Of a stretch of DNA of 64,000 bases, positions 26,501 to 62,175 are shown piece by piece. Under the pieces are notes generated by a model. It searched no databases and had not been told where the DNA came from. It was given only the letters and a program-made list of their open reading frames with translations. This DNA comes from Chrysomallon squamiferum (Eukaryota > Animalia > Mollusca): contig CM022675.1 in NCBI GenBank assembly GCA_012295275.1, positions 8,308,001 to 8,372,000 on the forward strand, given 5' to 3'. The stretch's first letter is position 1; each line of letters opens with the position of its first letter. Both the position numbers and the translations under genes were made by a program.

Positions 26501-28014
26501 AATTTTTTCCTTTCTTAATATTGAGAATTATAGCAAAGAGTTAACTATTTCAATATTTTAAAATCTGAAGATGCAGTTGAACAACCCCACTGAAGAAAAA
26601 TGTTACTCAAACCTTACAAAGGATCCCTACCCATCAACAGTACAAGCTTCAAGGCTCCAAAAATATACCTCTCCTACTGTTGTTAAAGCTTACCTGTAAC
26701 CTTTGAAGAGAAGTCTTCTTTCAAGACTGAAGTTACTAGAGACTGGTTAGCATGAAGGAGCACACACAGAGACCAGACGTAATCCAGATACAGAATAGGA
26801 GACGACTCAATCAGCTCCTGAAAACTTTCACTGGTAAACTTCTGCAGCAGTTTTGTTGTTGTGCTGCCTACATGATTTAACCTGGCCAACGACAAAATCA
26901 CACCAATTTTTTCTTCCACTGAAAGGTCACTAACATGATTGGTAAGATAAATGAGTATGGCATCGACAGCATCGTGCTGATGCCAACGCAGCATGCTGAG
27001 TGATTTCAGCACCATCAGAACAGTCTTAGGAGAGTCTACGCTGTTGATTTTCTCCTTGATGTTTTCCAGAGTTGCCGTCAGCAGCTCCTCATCGTAAATA
27101 TTCAGCGAACTGCATGCGTAGAGAAGGTTCGCTAGCTGAAACATCTCCAGTGCTACTCCCTTTTTATTCAGGTGGTAAACCGTGGCGCGAATGAGAGGGG
27201 TGTTTCTCACTTTTTGCCTAGAAGAAAGATACAGAACTTTGTACAGACACGACGGCACCATTCTGTCTGCAAGATCGAGCGCTCGCTCCTGAATCCTTGT
27301 GAAAACCACTTTGTCCTTTGGCTTATCGAATATATACATGAGAGAAACGATATCGTATGGGTTCGAGATCTCTACCCAGCGTCTCTCTATGATGGACTTA
27401 GCCTCAGAGAACATCTGACTTCTAAACTGAGTTTCCTGATGCTCGTAAAGCGTCTCTATCAGTTTTATTATGCTGTGAATTTGCCACTTGCGTACCGACC
27501 AGAGAATCTGCCTCTCCAAGGATTCCAGTAGAAAAGTGTCTGACGGACTAACGGACAACAAAGATTTAAAACAAGAAATTACTTGGCTAACGGGAAGATG
27601 AATTACATTTTTGTGCAACAAGGACATCACATGTTTTATGCTAGGGTCTTTAAGTACGGCCTCCAGGTCAAAATCTTTTTCTTTTTTTAACTGACTCAGA
27701 CGATCCAGCAACAAGACGGCATCCTCTGCCTTTTCAAGTTTGCTGCCGATGTTAAGCAGCTCGTCCAAACTGGCTTTGACGATGAGAGAACCAGTCTCTG
27801 ACAAAGAGGGCAGTGTGTTTAACTTCACTGTTGGAATAGGAACAGTTGTTTGAAGATTTTCCTGAGTTTTCGTCGACTGCAGGTAACCCGAAGTATCGAA
27901 ATGAAGAGAGAGAACCTGCATCTGAAGCTGTACGTGTGGTTGTAGTTTTATCGCGAGACGTCGACAGGTGTGAATTCGAAGCCAAAGAGGCAGGAACAAC
28001 CTGTTTGAAAACAT
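22380..28014 (-). CDS. TBRG4: FAST kinase domain-containing protein 4 (TBRG4-like), mitochondrial RNA-binding protein with C-terminal RAP domain, ~628 aa
   Basis: Exons 28014-26694, 25235-25102, 24657-24540, 24020-23939, 23285-23171, 22496-22380, in frame (1887 nt). Basic N-terminal targeting-like peptide; IERRWVEI and RNTPLIRATVYHL motifs resemble TBRG4; RAP-like end GLHVMARRHLQKEGYTVVELPYFE. Confidence 0.8.
22905..23150. repeat. Intronic minisatellite, ~70 bp x 4
   Basis: Repeated ATAAACATGGAGGGAAAT...AAACTTTTCTCATT(C/T)GAATATATTAAAAT. Confidence 0.85.
25250..25440. repeat. Intronic minisatellite, ~40 bp x 5
   Basis: Repeated CAAAGATTAATT...CATAGCAGCTCTGTCAAA(A/G)TATAG. Confidence 0.8.
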
Positions 28015-29415
28015 TGTTAGGGCTTTTTGTTTTTTTCTGTGTCCTCTTCACTCTTCAAAAACCTGTGGAAGAAAAATAAAGTGAATACATTTTGTTTTTA
28101 AATATCTCTGTACATTTAGTATTAAATATTATTACAAGTCAAGCAATATTTTAGCTTTCATTATATGAGAGACAGAACCCATTACTCCATTATCATTTAT
28201 TTGAAAGGATACTTTATATCCCACCATGAAGAAGATATGTGCATACTAGTGGTTTCAGAAAGTGGTTACAAAAAGTCCATAATAAAATTTAAATAATTCA
28301 AATATAATGCCCTATGTTATGTCATTAAATTGTCCTAAACCATTTTAAATTTGCTGAGATCGTGCATAAAATAATAATGATAATAAAAGGATAATACATG
28401 TATATAAATGCAGTTCACTGCAGTCACAGCAAATTATATTGTACAATGTAGAGAGGTTGGATAGATTTATTAATTGTAGCTGGTTGCATTTCACACAGAT
28501 ATCAGTTTTTTACAAATGCTAGTCTTCAATCTTCCACATTATAACAGAATACAAATACATTTTTAAGATATAGAAAGAAACTTTGTTTTTAATTGTTGAT
28601 TTATCAGTGATACCCTGAAGCTAATGCTTATTTTTTGGTTCCTTAATGTTAATAAATATAAAACCGTAACAAGAAATCAGAAGGACTGTCAGATTGTCAA
28701 GCTATTGCACGGATCTTGAGATCATTCGATAATATATTAAGGATCTGATACTTCGATTCTTTGGAAATATAAAGAATGTACATTTGTTATTTATTTATCT
28801 CATTTGTTTTGCGATGTTTGTTATATTTTTTTAAGGTTTTCTTCGAGCAAAAAACTGAAGATAATACTTAGATAACAAAAAGCATGATATCTTGATAATA
28901 ATGATAACCAGAATGCTAGATTTACTTCTGCAGATGACAATTCTTACTTTTCGGTTTCAATTAAAAACAAATGAAGGTCACATTCCAGAGCAAATTTGCA
29001 AATAATATACATCAAGCATTTTAAAACACTACGTAAATACGTAGCAAAATTATTCACTGACCATTCTGCGGCTGTAGAACACTATTAATTAAACAGTTTA
29101 TGGAAACAAAATGAAATCGTCTGCGATGACCGGCTACCTATTTTGTCACGTTCACATAACTTGTCATACAGCGAAGTAAACTTCCGTGAAAGGGAAGTAA
29201 CTCTAATATGTTGCTCCTGTTACCGAATAACTCCGATTTGCATATATTACTCGGCAAATAAACCGAAACATTTTTGTGTAAAATCCCTTTTAATTAATAT
29301 ACCTATAGATAAAATATTCTATAAAATGATATGTTGTCATAATGCCAAAAACATCCCTTTCTTTTTTCTTTATTTCTTGTTCTATTTTTAATAGGCTGAT
29401 AATAGCAACAATAGC

Positions 29416-29475
<60 letters not shown>

Positions 29476-29965
29476 CACAAAATTATTATTATATACGTTT
29501 TTCCCACATCTGATGCAAATAGGCACGAATTATACCACGATGATGATGATGATGATAATCACAACAGTCAATATATATTTATTTATAAACATTTTATTTC
29601 AGAAATATATTACTTATAAAACAAATTTACAATTTATTACATTTTAGGTTTATTTAACACAAACCTATATTAAATATATATATATATACACACACACACA
29701 AAAGAACTGGAAAATGTCCGGTTCTTAATAATGATGATGATAATTATGATGACGATAATAATCGCAATAATAATAATAAGAAGAAGAATAAGAATAAGAA
29801 TAAGAATAAGAATAAGAATAAGAATAATAACAAGAACAACAAGATCATCAACAGTAATAACAGTAAAAGGCACACAAATCATTAAAAACACTAAAACAGT
29901 GTTACTTTTCCTTATGAAACCATAAACACTATAAATATATATTTTGTGTGTGTGTAAACGTGTGC

Positions 29966-30060
<95 letters not shown>

Positions 30061-30234
30061 TTCATGTGTGTGCTTATTTTTGTTCGTTCATTAATGTTAA
30101 TAAAAACAGAAAACACTATAAAATATTTCTATCAAAATCTTGAGACGCTTCGGTGATCTGTCAGTGTGAGGACACGAGCTATACATATGTCTGTGAGCGT
30201 GTTGGTTTTGCGTGGGTGTCCTTTCGAGTTTTAT

Positions 30235-42972
<12,738 letters not shown>

Positions 42973-43099
42973 CCTGAGAGTAGGAACTAGAACAAAATTA
43001 AAATTAGAAATTTTTCATAGCACTATTTGCATCATCATCATCATAATCATCATATCATCATCAGCATCATCATTCTTCTTCTTCTTCTTCTTCTTCTTC

Positions 43100-43131
<32 letters not shown>

Positions 43132-43147
43132 TATTTTATTTTATTTT

Positions 43148-43194
<47 letters not shown>

Positions 43195-43752
43195 CTAACT
43201 TACTTACTCCTTACTTGTTCATTTGAATTATTTTCTTGTCTTAACTCTAACACGTAAAATAATACAGGGAAATAATCGAAGTAATAAAGAAATAAAATAT
43301 TTAAATTAGCAACACAAAAAAGGCACGAAAACTTAAAATCATCTTCGGTAACATGGTTACATTTTCCAGTATATTTTGTATAATTATAATATTTCAAATA
43401 TTTATTAGAAATCGCGTGTTAATTAACATAAATAATTCCACTTGCGAAAACTACCATATAGCACAACCATATTTACATAACTACTGCAATTTGTTATTAT
43501 TGACCACTTATTAATATTAATTAATATTTATCCTTTTGGTGCGAAAACTGAGCTGACGGAAAATTATATTACGTAAATGTTGCTCCGCCCACTTGAAATT
43601 GACAATCTGTCATTCAAATCAAATTAACATAAATTATTCACGTTCTTTGCAGCCGTCGAACTTTTTAGCTATATTCTGTGAATGATCATGTTTGACTGTT
43701 TAATCCGAATTTTTCAGTTTAAAACGTAAAATAAATTTATTTAAAATGAAAG

Positions 43753-43784
<32 letters not shown>

Positions 43785-44628
43785 CAACAAATATTAATAA
43801 ATATAATATTAAATAAATTAATTAATAAACAGAAGAAATGGTATTTAAAATATAATATTAATAATAATAAATAAATAAATAAATAAATAAATAAGTAAAC
43901 CACGTATACATAAAACTAATAGAAAATTAAATTTTTAACTCTACCTGGTTCGTATGACGATGTCCACTGCCGTGTTTTCACAAAACAACAGCAGCTTTAA
44001 TACTCTCAAAATTTTAATCTGATTAAATCTGAATCGAGGCGCATTAACATAATTTATACCCCGAGTTCAGTAGATACTTTGTAACTTTTGGGTATTATTG
44101 TCTAAAACGACTTCAGGCGTACGCGATAAAAGATCGGATGGAGATAAAAAAAAACGTTATAATCTCAACGGTCAGTGGCAGACAAAACCATCTACTACTA
44201 CTACGACAACTACAACTACAACTACTACTATTAACACTGCTAGTACTACAACAACAACTACTAATAATAATAATAATAATACTTGTAATAATAATAACGA
44301 AAACATCCGTAGTGATAACAATAATATTACATCTGCTACAACAGCTACTACTAAGACTGCTACTGCTACTACTACAACTACGACTTCTACTACTGCTGCT
44401 GCTGCTAATATTACTGATATTACTAAAACTACTAAAATATCGTGTAATAGTAACAGTAACAACAATACTACTATTATTATTACGTTCTAGAATTGCCATA
44501 ACTACTACTACTACTACTACCACCACCACCACCACTACTATTACCACTAATACATAATAATAATAACAAAAACAGCTGCAACAACAACAATAGTAATTAC
44601 AACAATAACAATAATAAGAAAAATAAAG

Positions 44629-44676
<48 letters not shown>

Positions 44677-44759
44677 TGAAATAAAGCATGAACTAATAAA
44701 AGAAAGAAAATAGATGAGAGGATAGGATAAGAATAACGATAAAAATGAAAAGATTTCAT

Positions 44760-44991
44760 GGTTCACTGGCTACAACGGGAAATCACTTTTTAAATTCTCC
44801 TATAAGAGACTGACCAGAAAGTTCACACTTTTGAAGATGCAGATGTTAATAAGTATTTTTTATAATCAATATTCTTTTGTCTGAAAATTACGTAAGATTT
44901 GCCTTATTGTCAAAAGATAATGAAGACGACTGTTGGTAGAAATTTTAAGAAAAAGGTAATTAAGTAATAGCCTAATAATAATATTAATAAT

Positions 44992-45035
<44 letters not shown>

Positions 45036-46187
45036 TAACGACGATGATGATTATGATGATGATGATGAAGATGATAAAAATAGTGCTGCTGATGATGATA
45101 AAATGATGAGAATAATAATGGTGACGATAATAATAATAATGAAAGATAATAATAATAATAATAACAATAATAATGAAAAGGATTAATAATAACAATAATA
45201 ATAATAATAAATAATAACAATAATAATGAAAACGATTAATAATAACAATAATAATAATAATAAATAATAACAATAATAAATAATAATAACAATAATGAAA
45301 AACAATAAGAATAAGAAAAATTTCGTTGTTGTTACACACATACACACGCACGCACGCACACAGCAGCAGAAAATAGTTTACACTCGTCTGACTACGTGAC
45401 CTGTTGGAGGTCAACAAAACGAGACAGGACACTGACTGCTAGGTGAGAGTCACTGCACCACTGCGCCTGCTTATCATGCTACAAACAAAGATAAACTTTA
45501 CTTCGTAGCCGAAATATTCGTAAACAACCGTCGGGTCAACAACACCTTAAAATACTTTTAATATTGTGTAATATTATTTTAAAAAAAGAAAATTCTTTAT
45601 TTATCGGAATTAATGAATTTTAAAGTTATAATTAATTATATCTTGTTTTTTATTATTTTTTTTTTTATTAAATTTTTATTTTTTTTTTTTTTTTTTGTCT
45701 CTCTGGTTGCCACTGCTGGCGAAAAATTCCGAACGACATTCGCGAATGAGTTTCCGAAATGTCTCGAAATGATCGCGGTGTTCTCAAATTCCTCGCGTGA
45801 ATCTCGCAGCCTCGCTCTGGTGTCGCTGAACATGTTCAAAAAATGTTCGAGCTAGTCTGTCTTGTGTGAAAAAAATAATTAAAAAGACAAAAGAGGTGTT
45901 TAAATTAATTATCTTTTCTCACATTTTCAATTCTTAATGTTAATTTCTATTAATATTATTCGGAGATATCGTTAAAAACTGCACAGATAAGGAGAGGGGG
46001 AACTGTGGGGGGTGTATGATAGAGGGAGTTAATCCTTTCTGATTAGCAGAAAGAGATATTTTGTTTGCACCTTCCCGTAGACGCTTTAATAAATAAGATT
46101 CAAGTTGAGATGTTGTTAAAGTAAATAACGATATCAAACTGTATGGTTCCGTTCTCATGCATAATTTTTATTACAATTTGTATTATA

Positions 46188-46250
<63 letters not shown>

Positions 46251-46440
46251 AATATTTGTTTTTTTTGTTTTATAATTTCTGCTTGGTATCTTTTGACTGT
46301 AATGCAGATTTTACCCTATTTATGTATTATTATTATTATTATTAATTATAAAACCTAGTTTACCTGGGTTAGTGGGATTATTGTGGTCATTATCCTATAG
46401 GAGAAATCAGACGTGAATTTCCGTTGTAGCCAGTGAAGCA
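44760..46440. mobile_element. Segment bounded by inverted repeats (possible non-autonomous DNA transposon or local inversion relic)
   Basis: TTCACTGGCTACAACGGGAAATCAC...CTCCTATA at ~44762-44804 versus TATAGGAG...GTGAATTTCCGTTGTAGCCAGTGAA at ~46396-46437. Confidence 0.4.
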
Positions 46441-47209
46441 GCACATTTTATATATTTTTTTATTTTTTATTTTTTTTTTATCTTTGTTATTTTCCTATCT
46501 CTGTTTCATTTTTTTTTTCTTTTTTTTATAGTTCAATCTTTTTGTTTCATTATTTTATTTTTATTTTTATTTTTTTTTTTTTTTTCCTTTCTTTTTATCC
46601 TATTTATTCTTTAATTTCTTTTATTTCTTTTATTTGTTCGTTGTTGTTTCGGGAGAGTATTTTTTTTTTCCTAACTTTATTTATACGTTTATACCCTTGT
46701 TTTTGCGCGCGCTGTCTCTCACACTGTCTCTCTGTCTGTTTCTGTCTGTCTATGTCTCTCTCTCTCTCTTTTTCTAATTCTCTGTTTATTCTCTCACTCT
46801 GTCCCTGTCTCTCACTGTTTCTTTCTGTCTCTCTGTTTCTGTCTATCTCTTTTTCTAACTCTCTCTCTCTCTGTGCCTCACACTGTCTCTCTGTCTCTCT
46901 CTTTCTCTATCCGTGTGTCTCTTCTTTTTTCTCTCTCTCATTCATTCTTTCTCTCTCTCCCTCATTCTCTCTCTCTTTCAAAATAAACACTATTACATAT
47001 ATTTATTTATTTATTTATTCATTCATTCATTTATTCACTGATTTATTCACTATTCCCACTCCAACAGGTACATATAACAAAAGTTATTCTAACCTGACAT
47101 GCAGTACTGCATTATTATCTTATATGTGACTGCATGTTACGACATTTTTCCCACGTGACGTAGGTGAATATTTGAACACACTTATCTCTGTGTGACATTA
47201 CAAGCCTAA

Positions 47210-47414
47210 ATGACCACGGCTATGTATTCACTGTGCTTTCCACTGGCGTTGTTAACAGGATATATTGCAGTACATTCAGGTTGTGAGATCTTTTTCATTA
47301 TTACTGTTACTGCTGCTGTTGTTGTTATTGTTGTTGTTGTAGTTGTTGTTGTTGTTGTTGTTGTAGTTGTAGTTGTTGTTGTTATTTTTATTATTATGAT
47401 TATGATTGTTGTTG

Positions 47415-47476
<62 letters not shown>

Positions 47477-47739
47477 GTTATTGTTATAATTGTTGTTGTT
47501 GTTGAGTTGTTGTGGTGGTGGTGCTGGTTTTTAATGTTTATTAGTAGAGTGGTACGTGTCTTTAGTGGCCCCCGAAATGACCGACCACCTGCGATGTAAG
47601 GACACATTTCCTTATCCGGACAGCATTTTTATAATTATTATTATTCCACAGCTAAATCAGACCAGATCTTTTATTGTTGTTGTTCTTTTCGTTTTTATAA
47701 TCATCAATGAGCTATTTGTATTATGTTTGTCGTTCGTAT

Positions 47740-47778
<39 letters not shown>

Positions 47779-49610
47779 TTTCCCAGCTGAAGCTCTATGT
47801 CCAAATGGTTTTGTTCATTACAATGAATCATGTTATATGTTTGTCAGCATCCAGCTGGCTTGGCAACGTGCACAGGTATGGAACCTGTTTAATATATAAT
47901 TTATATATATATATATATTTGCGTACGTATACACAAACATACCCAAATACACGTGTATGTGTGTGTTTATATAGAATGATACAGACATCGAAATACACAG
48001 ATATGCATATACATAAACATATACATAAGTACGAATATATATATATATATACACTGTTAAATAAAAAATATATCATCATCATCATCATCATCATTACTAC
48101 TACTACTGCTAATGTTTAACTAGTCTGACATTCAGGCAGGACTATTAATTCTTGTTATTAAGCCTTTTGTTGTTGAGTGAGACGCGGGATGCTGGCGGAT
48201 GTTGTGTTGTTCGTTGCGCCAACTAGCGGCGGTGTAGCTAAAGCTCGCTCATAACTCGGATTTTGGCTCGCAACTCAAAGCAAACTTTGGAACCGGGCAT
48301 CTGCTCCTAACACATATGCATATGCATAACATATACACTGTTAAATAAAAAATATATCATCATCATCAACATCATCATCATCAACATCATCATCATCATC
48401 ATTATTACTACTACTACTAATGTTTAATTAGTTTGACATTCAGACAGGACTATCAATTTTTGTTTGTTTTTTATTGTTATGCATGTTGTTGTTGTTGTTG
48501 TTGTCGTCGTCGTTTTTATTTATCAGCTATAACTATTGTTTGTTTCCATAGCAACATTGTCACTTCTTGGGTGCGCATCTGGCCAGTGTGAATTCTGCAG
48601 AAGAAAATTCTTTTCTCGTCGGCTACCTTAATCAACATCAAGGTAAGTTTAAATGTTCCTTCTTCATCATATCTTAAAGTTAACCGATAGTGATAAAACT
48701 GTAACTGTTTAATATTATTGTTTATACGTCTAAGTTATCGTAGTTTACTGTTTTGGAGCAAACATTTATACGACATTGAAATAAAACTGTTACAGAACTG
48801 CTTAACGCCGCCATTTTAATCTTTTTACAGCTGCAGTCGTGACGTCATAGCATACCAGTCGAGCACTTTACCAAGTCCTGTAATTTTGAGTAATTTACGT
48901 AGTCCAGATAGAAAGTACTAGTACTGCTAGTACTGCTAGTCTCATATTACCATAATTACAAATTTTATTTTGTTTTTACTTTTATTTATTCAAATTAGGA
49001 TTGTTATTTATTGGTTGATTTTGTTGTTGTTTGTTTTGTTTGTTTGCTGGGTTTTTTTTTGGGAGGGTTGTTTCTTTAACTGTTCCTGCAGTCACTATAG
49101 TGCGACTGTATCTGTTGTTGCTGTTGTTGTTGTTGTTGATGATGATGACGTTTCGTTTCTTCTATTTACAGACACGTTCTTCGGCTACGACTTGTGGCTA
49201 GGCGCCACTGACTCGTTTTCAGATAAAATATGGCGCTGGTCGGCAGACGACAATTCTAAAGTGACCTTCACGGACTGGTCGCCAGGGCAACCGGACAGCT
49301 CGTACGCCGGACGTGAGCAGTGTCTGGAATACGAAGCGCAGTACGGACTACACTGGAACGACGACCAATGCAGCGACCACGACTTCTTCATCTGCGAAAG
49401 ACCGTAAGTAAAATTCAGCTGATGTGCATTTTACAAAAGAGGATATAAAAATGCAAGGAAGAGTTTTAGGATTCGTCAAAAGAAAGTCAATGATGTTGTT
49501 TTGTAAACCAGGCAAAATTATTTGATAAACTGTTTTGTTTTTTTCATTTTTAACAGATTTACATTCAAATCAATGTAGAAATGTTGTTGTTATTGTTGTT
49601 GTTGTTGTTG

Positions 49611-49657
<47 letters not shown>

Positions 49658-49927
49658 AGAAGTAATAGTAGTAGCAGTAGTAATAGTAGTAGTAGTAGTA
49701 GTAGTAGCAACAGCAGTTGCAGAAGTATTATTTTTATTATTATTATTATTATTATTGAAATCGTAATAACTACTATTATTTTATCATCATCATTAACACC
49801 ATTACTATTAAACAGTAGTAGTAAGAGTAGTAGTATTTATCTATTTATTTGTTTATTTATTTATTTATTTATTTATTGTTCCAGGTTTAATCCACCCATA
49901 CCACCTTTGCCGCACCACGTTGGGTAA
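47210..49927 (+). CDS. Secreted single-domain C-type lectin (perlucin-like, QPD/WND galactose-type), ~174 aa
   Basis: Exons 47210-47279 (signal), 47787-47875 (CPNGF..SCY..WQRAQ), 48552-48642 (CHFLGAHLASV), 49172-49403 (WLGATD..WSPGQPD..CL..WNDDQC..FFICE), 49885-49927 (FNPPIPPLPHHVG*); 525 nt in frame. Confidence 0.85.
48180..48310. mobile_element. Fragment of a dispersed DNA-transposon-like repeat (second copy at ~59290-59470)
   Basis: ~130 bp near-identical to 59295-59423 (CGCGGGATGCTGGCGGATGTTGTG...ACTCGGATTTTGGCTCGCAACTCAAAGCAAA). Confidence 0.65.
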
Positions 49928-50190
49928 ACAAGATGATTAAAGCTGATTTTATGTTCACGTTTGTAACGTTTTCTTTTTCGTTCATTATACTTATATTTAT
50001 TTATCTGTCAGTTTGTATTCAGCATCTGCTGAAGTTATCTCCCTTCCTCCGATACTGTTGATTTTCGTCAGTCATTCATATTAATATGTGCACATAATAT
50101 GCATGCGTGTGTTTGTGTGTGTGTGCGTGCGTGCGTGCGCGTGTGTGTGGATTTCGGTTCTGAGTATTCTATTTTCTTTCTTCCTCCATA

Positions 50191-50351
<161 letters not shown>

Positions 50352-51809
50352 GAAACAGAAAACTGAACTTTAGTAAAGCTACTTTTAAAAGAAAACACAA
50401 TACTTGTATTTCAAATGCAAATTTTATTGGCACTAATAAAAGCGAATAAAAATGTTGTAGCTCTTATAAGTATGGCCTCCGATTACAAAAGGAAAAAAAA
50501 AAAACAAATAACAAAGAAAAAAAACAAAAGAAAAAATAGCAAAGAAAAAATAACAAAATCATGTTCATAGGAAAATTCAACCAAACCCAACATTTCTTAA
50601 GCAAAAAAAAGCAAAAAAAAAAAGCAATCTATTTCTTTAAATTATCATTTCAGAGAAAAATACCCCACACCAGTAACAATATAACAACAAGATATTCGAA
50701 ATCTACGAAAGTTTTCATTGGTCACTGACAGAAACGTTTCATTTTCAATAATTAGTGATACATAACTGTTCACTGGTAGATTTCCTAACGGATGATTGGT
50801 CAGTGATTAATTCTTCTAACTGTTCATTGGTCACTGTTAGTTTTGTTTTAAATATCTATTGGATAGTGGTAGATACGCTCACTTTTCATTGGTCAGTGAC
50901 AGATGCGTTGTGAATATTCATTGGTCTACGATATATACATTCTAATCACTTGCTGGCCAGAACGTTGATAATAAAAGGTACTGAACCATTTGTCCGGCAA
51001 TTAGCACGTTAATTTTTTTCATTCATTATCCGGCAATCCGGTAAGTTTGGTATCGGATTTTGTCAGGATTTCCGGATAGAATCTAAATATACATTTGAAT
51101 ATAAAATAAAATATGAATTCTATAAAGAATGGAACTGTATTTAACAGAATACAAATTGTTATGCTATTAAAGCATGGTTTGTTTGATGTCCATTTATCCA
51201 TTAAAATTCTTAAAATACATTTATAGAGCTGTTATATCCTATTTTTATAAAAAGGTTGAAAATTAAACGAAATAAACCCCCCATAAAACAAAGAACATAA
51301 TTTTGTTTAAAAGCTACACTTCTTACACTTCAATCTCTTATAAAAAACAATGTGTAATATATCAGATGAAAAAAAAAAAAGAGACAGAAAGAAAAGACTG
51401 TGTTACTTAACACCTGTACAGGTGTATATCAATGACTTACTGGGAGAGAATCAACTCAGCTCAAGAACATTTAGTTAAACCTGCGTTGTTCAACGCGTTT
51501 ATCGTGAAAAACAAATTCACTGCCGTCGAGTTGTGAGCTACAGTGTGCCAAAAATAAAGTAGTCAGCTTCAGAAGAAAAAAAAAAAAAAAAAACCAAAAC
51601 CCATTAAGACAAATAGACGTTGGTTTTTTTTTTTTTTTAGGATTTCTGAAAGCAGGACAAATGGTTCGACACCTGCATAACGATATATAAAGTTAATAAT
51701 TATTGCTGAATTCTAGCGATGTTCTAAAATTATATATATATATTGGTCAAGTCCAGTAAACGTTGAAAAATTAATCCTTTTAGAGCAGAGTTGGTTCGAC
51801 GGTTTATTT

Positions 51810-57883
<6,074 letters not shown>

Positions 57884-59284
57884 CTTCAATCCTTACTTCT
57901 AAAAATACAAATTTAAAACATCAAGTGATTATAGTAATATAAATCTGCTTTCATAAATTTACTTGCTTATATTGTATTTACAGTAATTATTAATTTACTT
58001 TACCATTATGTTATCTTATAACATAGTATATTATGATACAGTATAGTATAATATAGTATAGTATAGTTTAGTAAAGTATAGCACAATACAATACAGTATA
58101 GTAGAGTACAGTACAGTATAATATAGTATAGGATAATTTAATATAATATAGTATAGTATAATATAATATAGTATAGTATAGTATAGTATAGTATAGTATA
58201 GTATAGTATAGTATAGTATAGTATAGTAGTGTATAGTATAGTATATAGTATAATATAGTATATTATACACAACATGCCTACTCAAAAATTTAACTTCTAA
58301 ACTACAAGAAAAACAAAACGAAACTGACTCAGAACAGACAAGAAGAGGTAATAAAAATATTTCTGTTTTCGACAAATGCTGCATCTGATAACAATACGGA
58401 TCATTAAATATTCATGCGCGCCATTCACTCATAAAGGCGTGGCTCCCTATCAAGCAGTGAATTGAGGCGGTCACAGTTTGGGAGAGAGACACATCCGTCG
58501 ACTTAAAATGAAAACTCGGCACGAGAGAAAAACAAATTTCCGAAGAAACAGTTACACCCAGCTCATGTTTAAATCAATGTAATTCAGGCATAAAATGCTT
58601 GCATCTTAGTGTGATCATTTACATATTTTTATTACTATTATTATTATTATTATTATTATTTATTATTATTATTATGATTATTATTATTATTGTTGCTATC
58701 GTTATTGTTATTATTACTGTCATTATTATTATTGTTATTGTTATTAACTTTTTTTATTTTCACACACACAGACACACACACACACACACACCTATATATA
58801 TATATGACCGAACTCGATTTGCTCATTTTTTTGTAACGTCTTTTTGAGTAAGAAGCATGTATGTGTAAATGACAGATATTGTATAAAATCAAAATAAATG
58901 ACAATGTAATGAAATAAATTGGTTTTGTTAAGTTTACAGGGTCAGGGTTTCTCAAACTTTTCATGGACAGAGGTCCGCAGCTTAGAAATTATTTTAACGC
59001 CTTTGGCTGGAGTTAAAGTCTTTGTCGACTCCTTCTGCTTCAGTATGGTACGTATAATAAAACTACTACGCTTGTAGTACCTAGACACGTTGATTACACG
59101 CACACCTCCACCTATGTTTTTCTATGCTTTCATGCTTTAATTCAATGAACATCATCCGCTTCTTCTTCTTCTCAGCACTGTCCTTTGCACTCACTTTTTA
59201 AGGATCAATGGAAATTTGGAAAAATACTGCACAAAATGCGAGCACAACAGACACGCTTTAGCGGCGAGGTAACCACGTGAAGCA

Positions 59285-59472
59285 AACGAGAGATACGCGG
59301 GATGCTGGCGGATGTTGTGTAGTTCGTTGCGCCAACTAGCGGTGGCGTGTCTAAAGCTCGCTCGTAACTCGGATTTTGGCTCGCAACTCAAAGCAAAAAT
59401 TCGAACCGGCAGTCTGCTCGTAACTCGAAAAACTTGTAAGTTGGAGCACTCGTAACTCGAGGTAGCACTTTA
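59285..59472. mobile_element. Terminal part of a Tc1/mariner-pogo (Tigger-like) DNA transposon
   Basis: Repeated CTCGTAACTCG subunits ending ...CTCGTAACTCGAGGTAGCACTTTA, reminiscent of Tigger-type termini; partial second copy at 48180. Family assignment is tentative. Confidence 0.45.
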
Positions 59473-59799
59473 TTCTGTTTTACTGAATGGTACGTGCAAA
59501 TGTCTCACATCTAATACACGCAATAAAAACACCGATAAAAACGTTTAATGTTTTTTTTTTAATTAAAAATTTTCACTAACCTTTAATGGACAATTTGTTT
59601 ATTTTAACTTAAACACACATACCTGTTATGTATTGATTAATTCTGAATAACAATGCAACTGGAAACAAAATAAACAATTTCTAAATAGCTGTTTTATAAT
59701 TTCAACAGATGTTGAAGCTTATTCTGAGTACTCTGAGCCAAGTTACATCATTAAAACATTACATCTCATCTGTACACTGCTTATACTCTCTCTCTCTAA

Positions 59800-62175
<2,376 letters not shown>

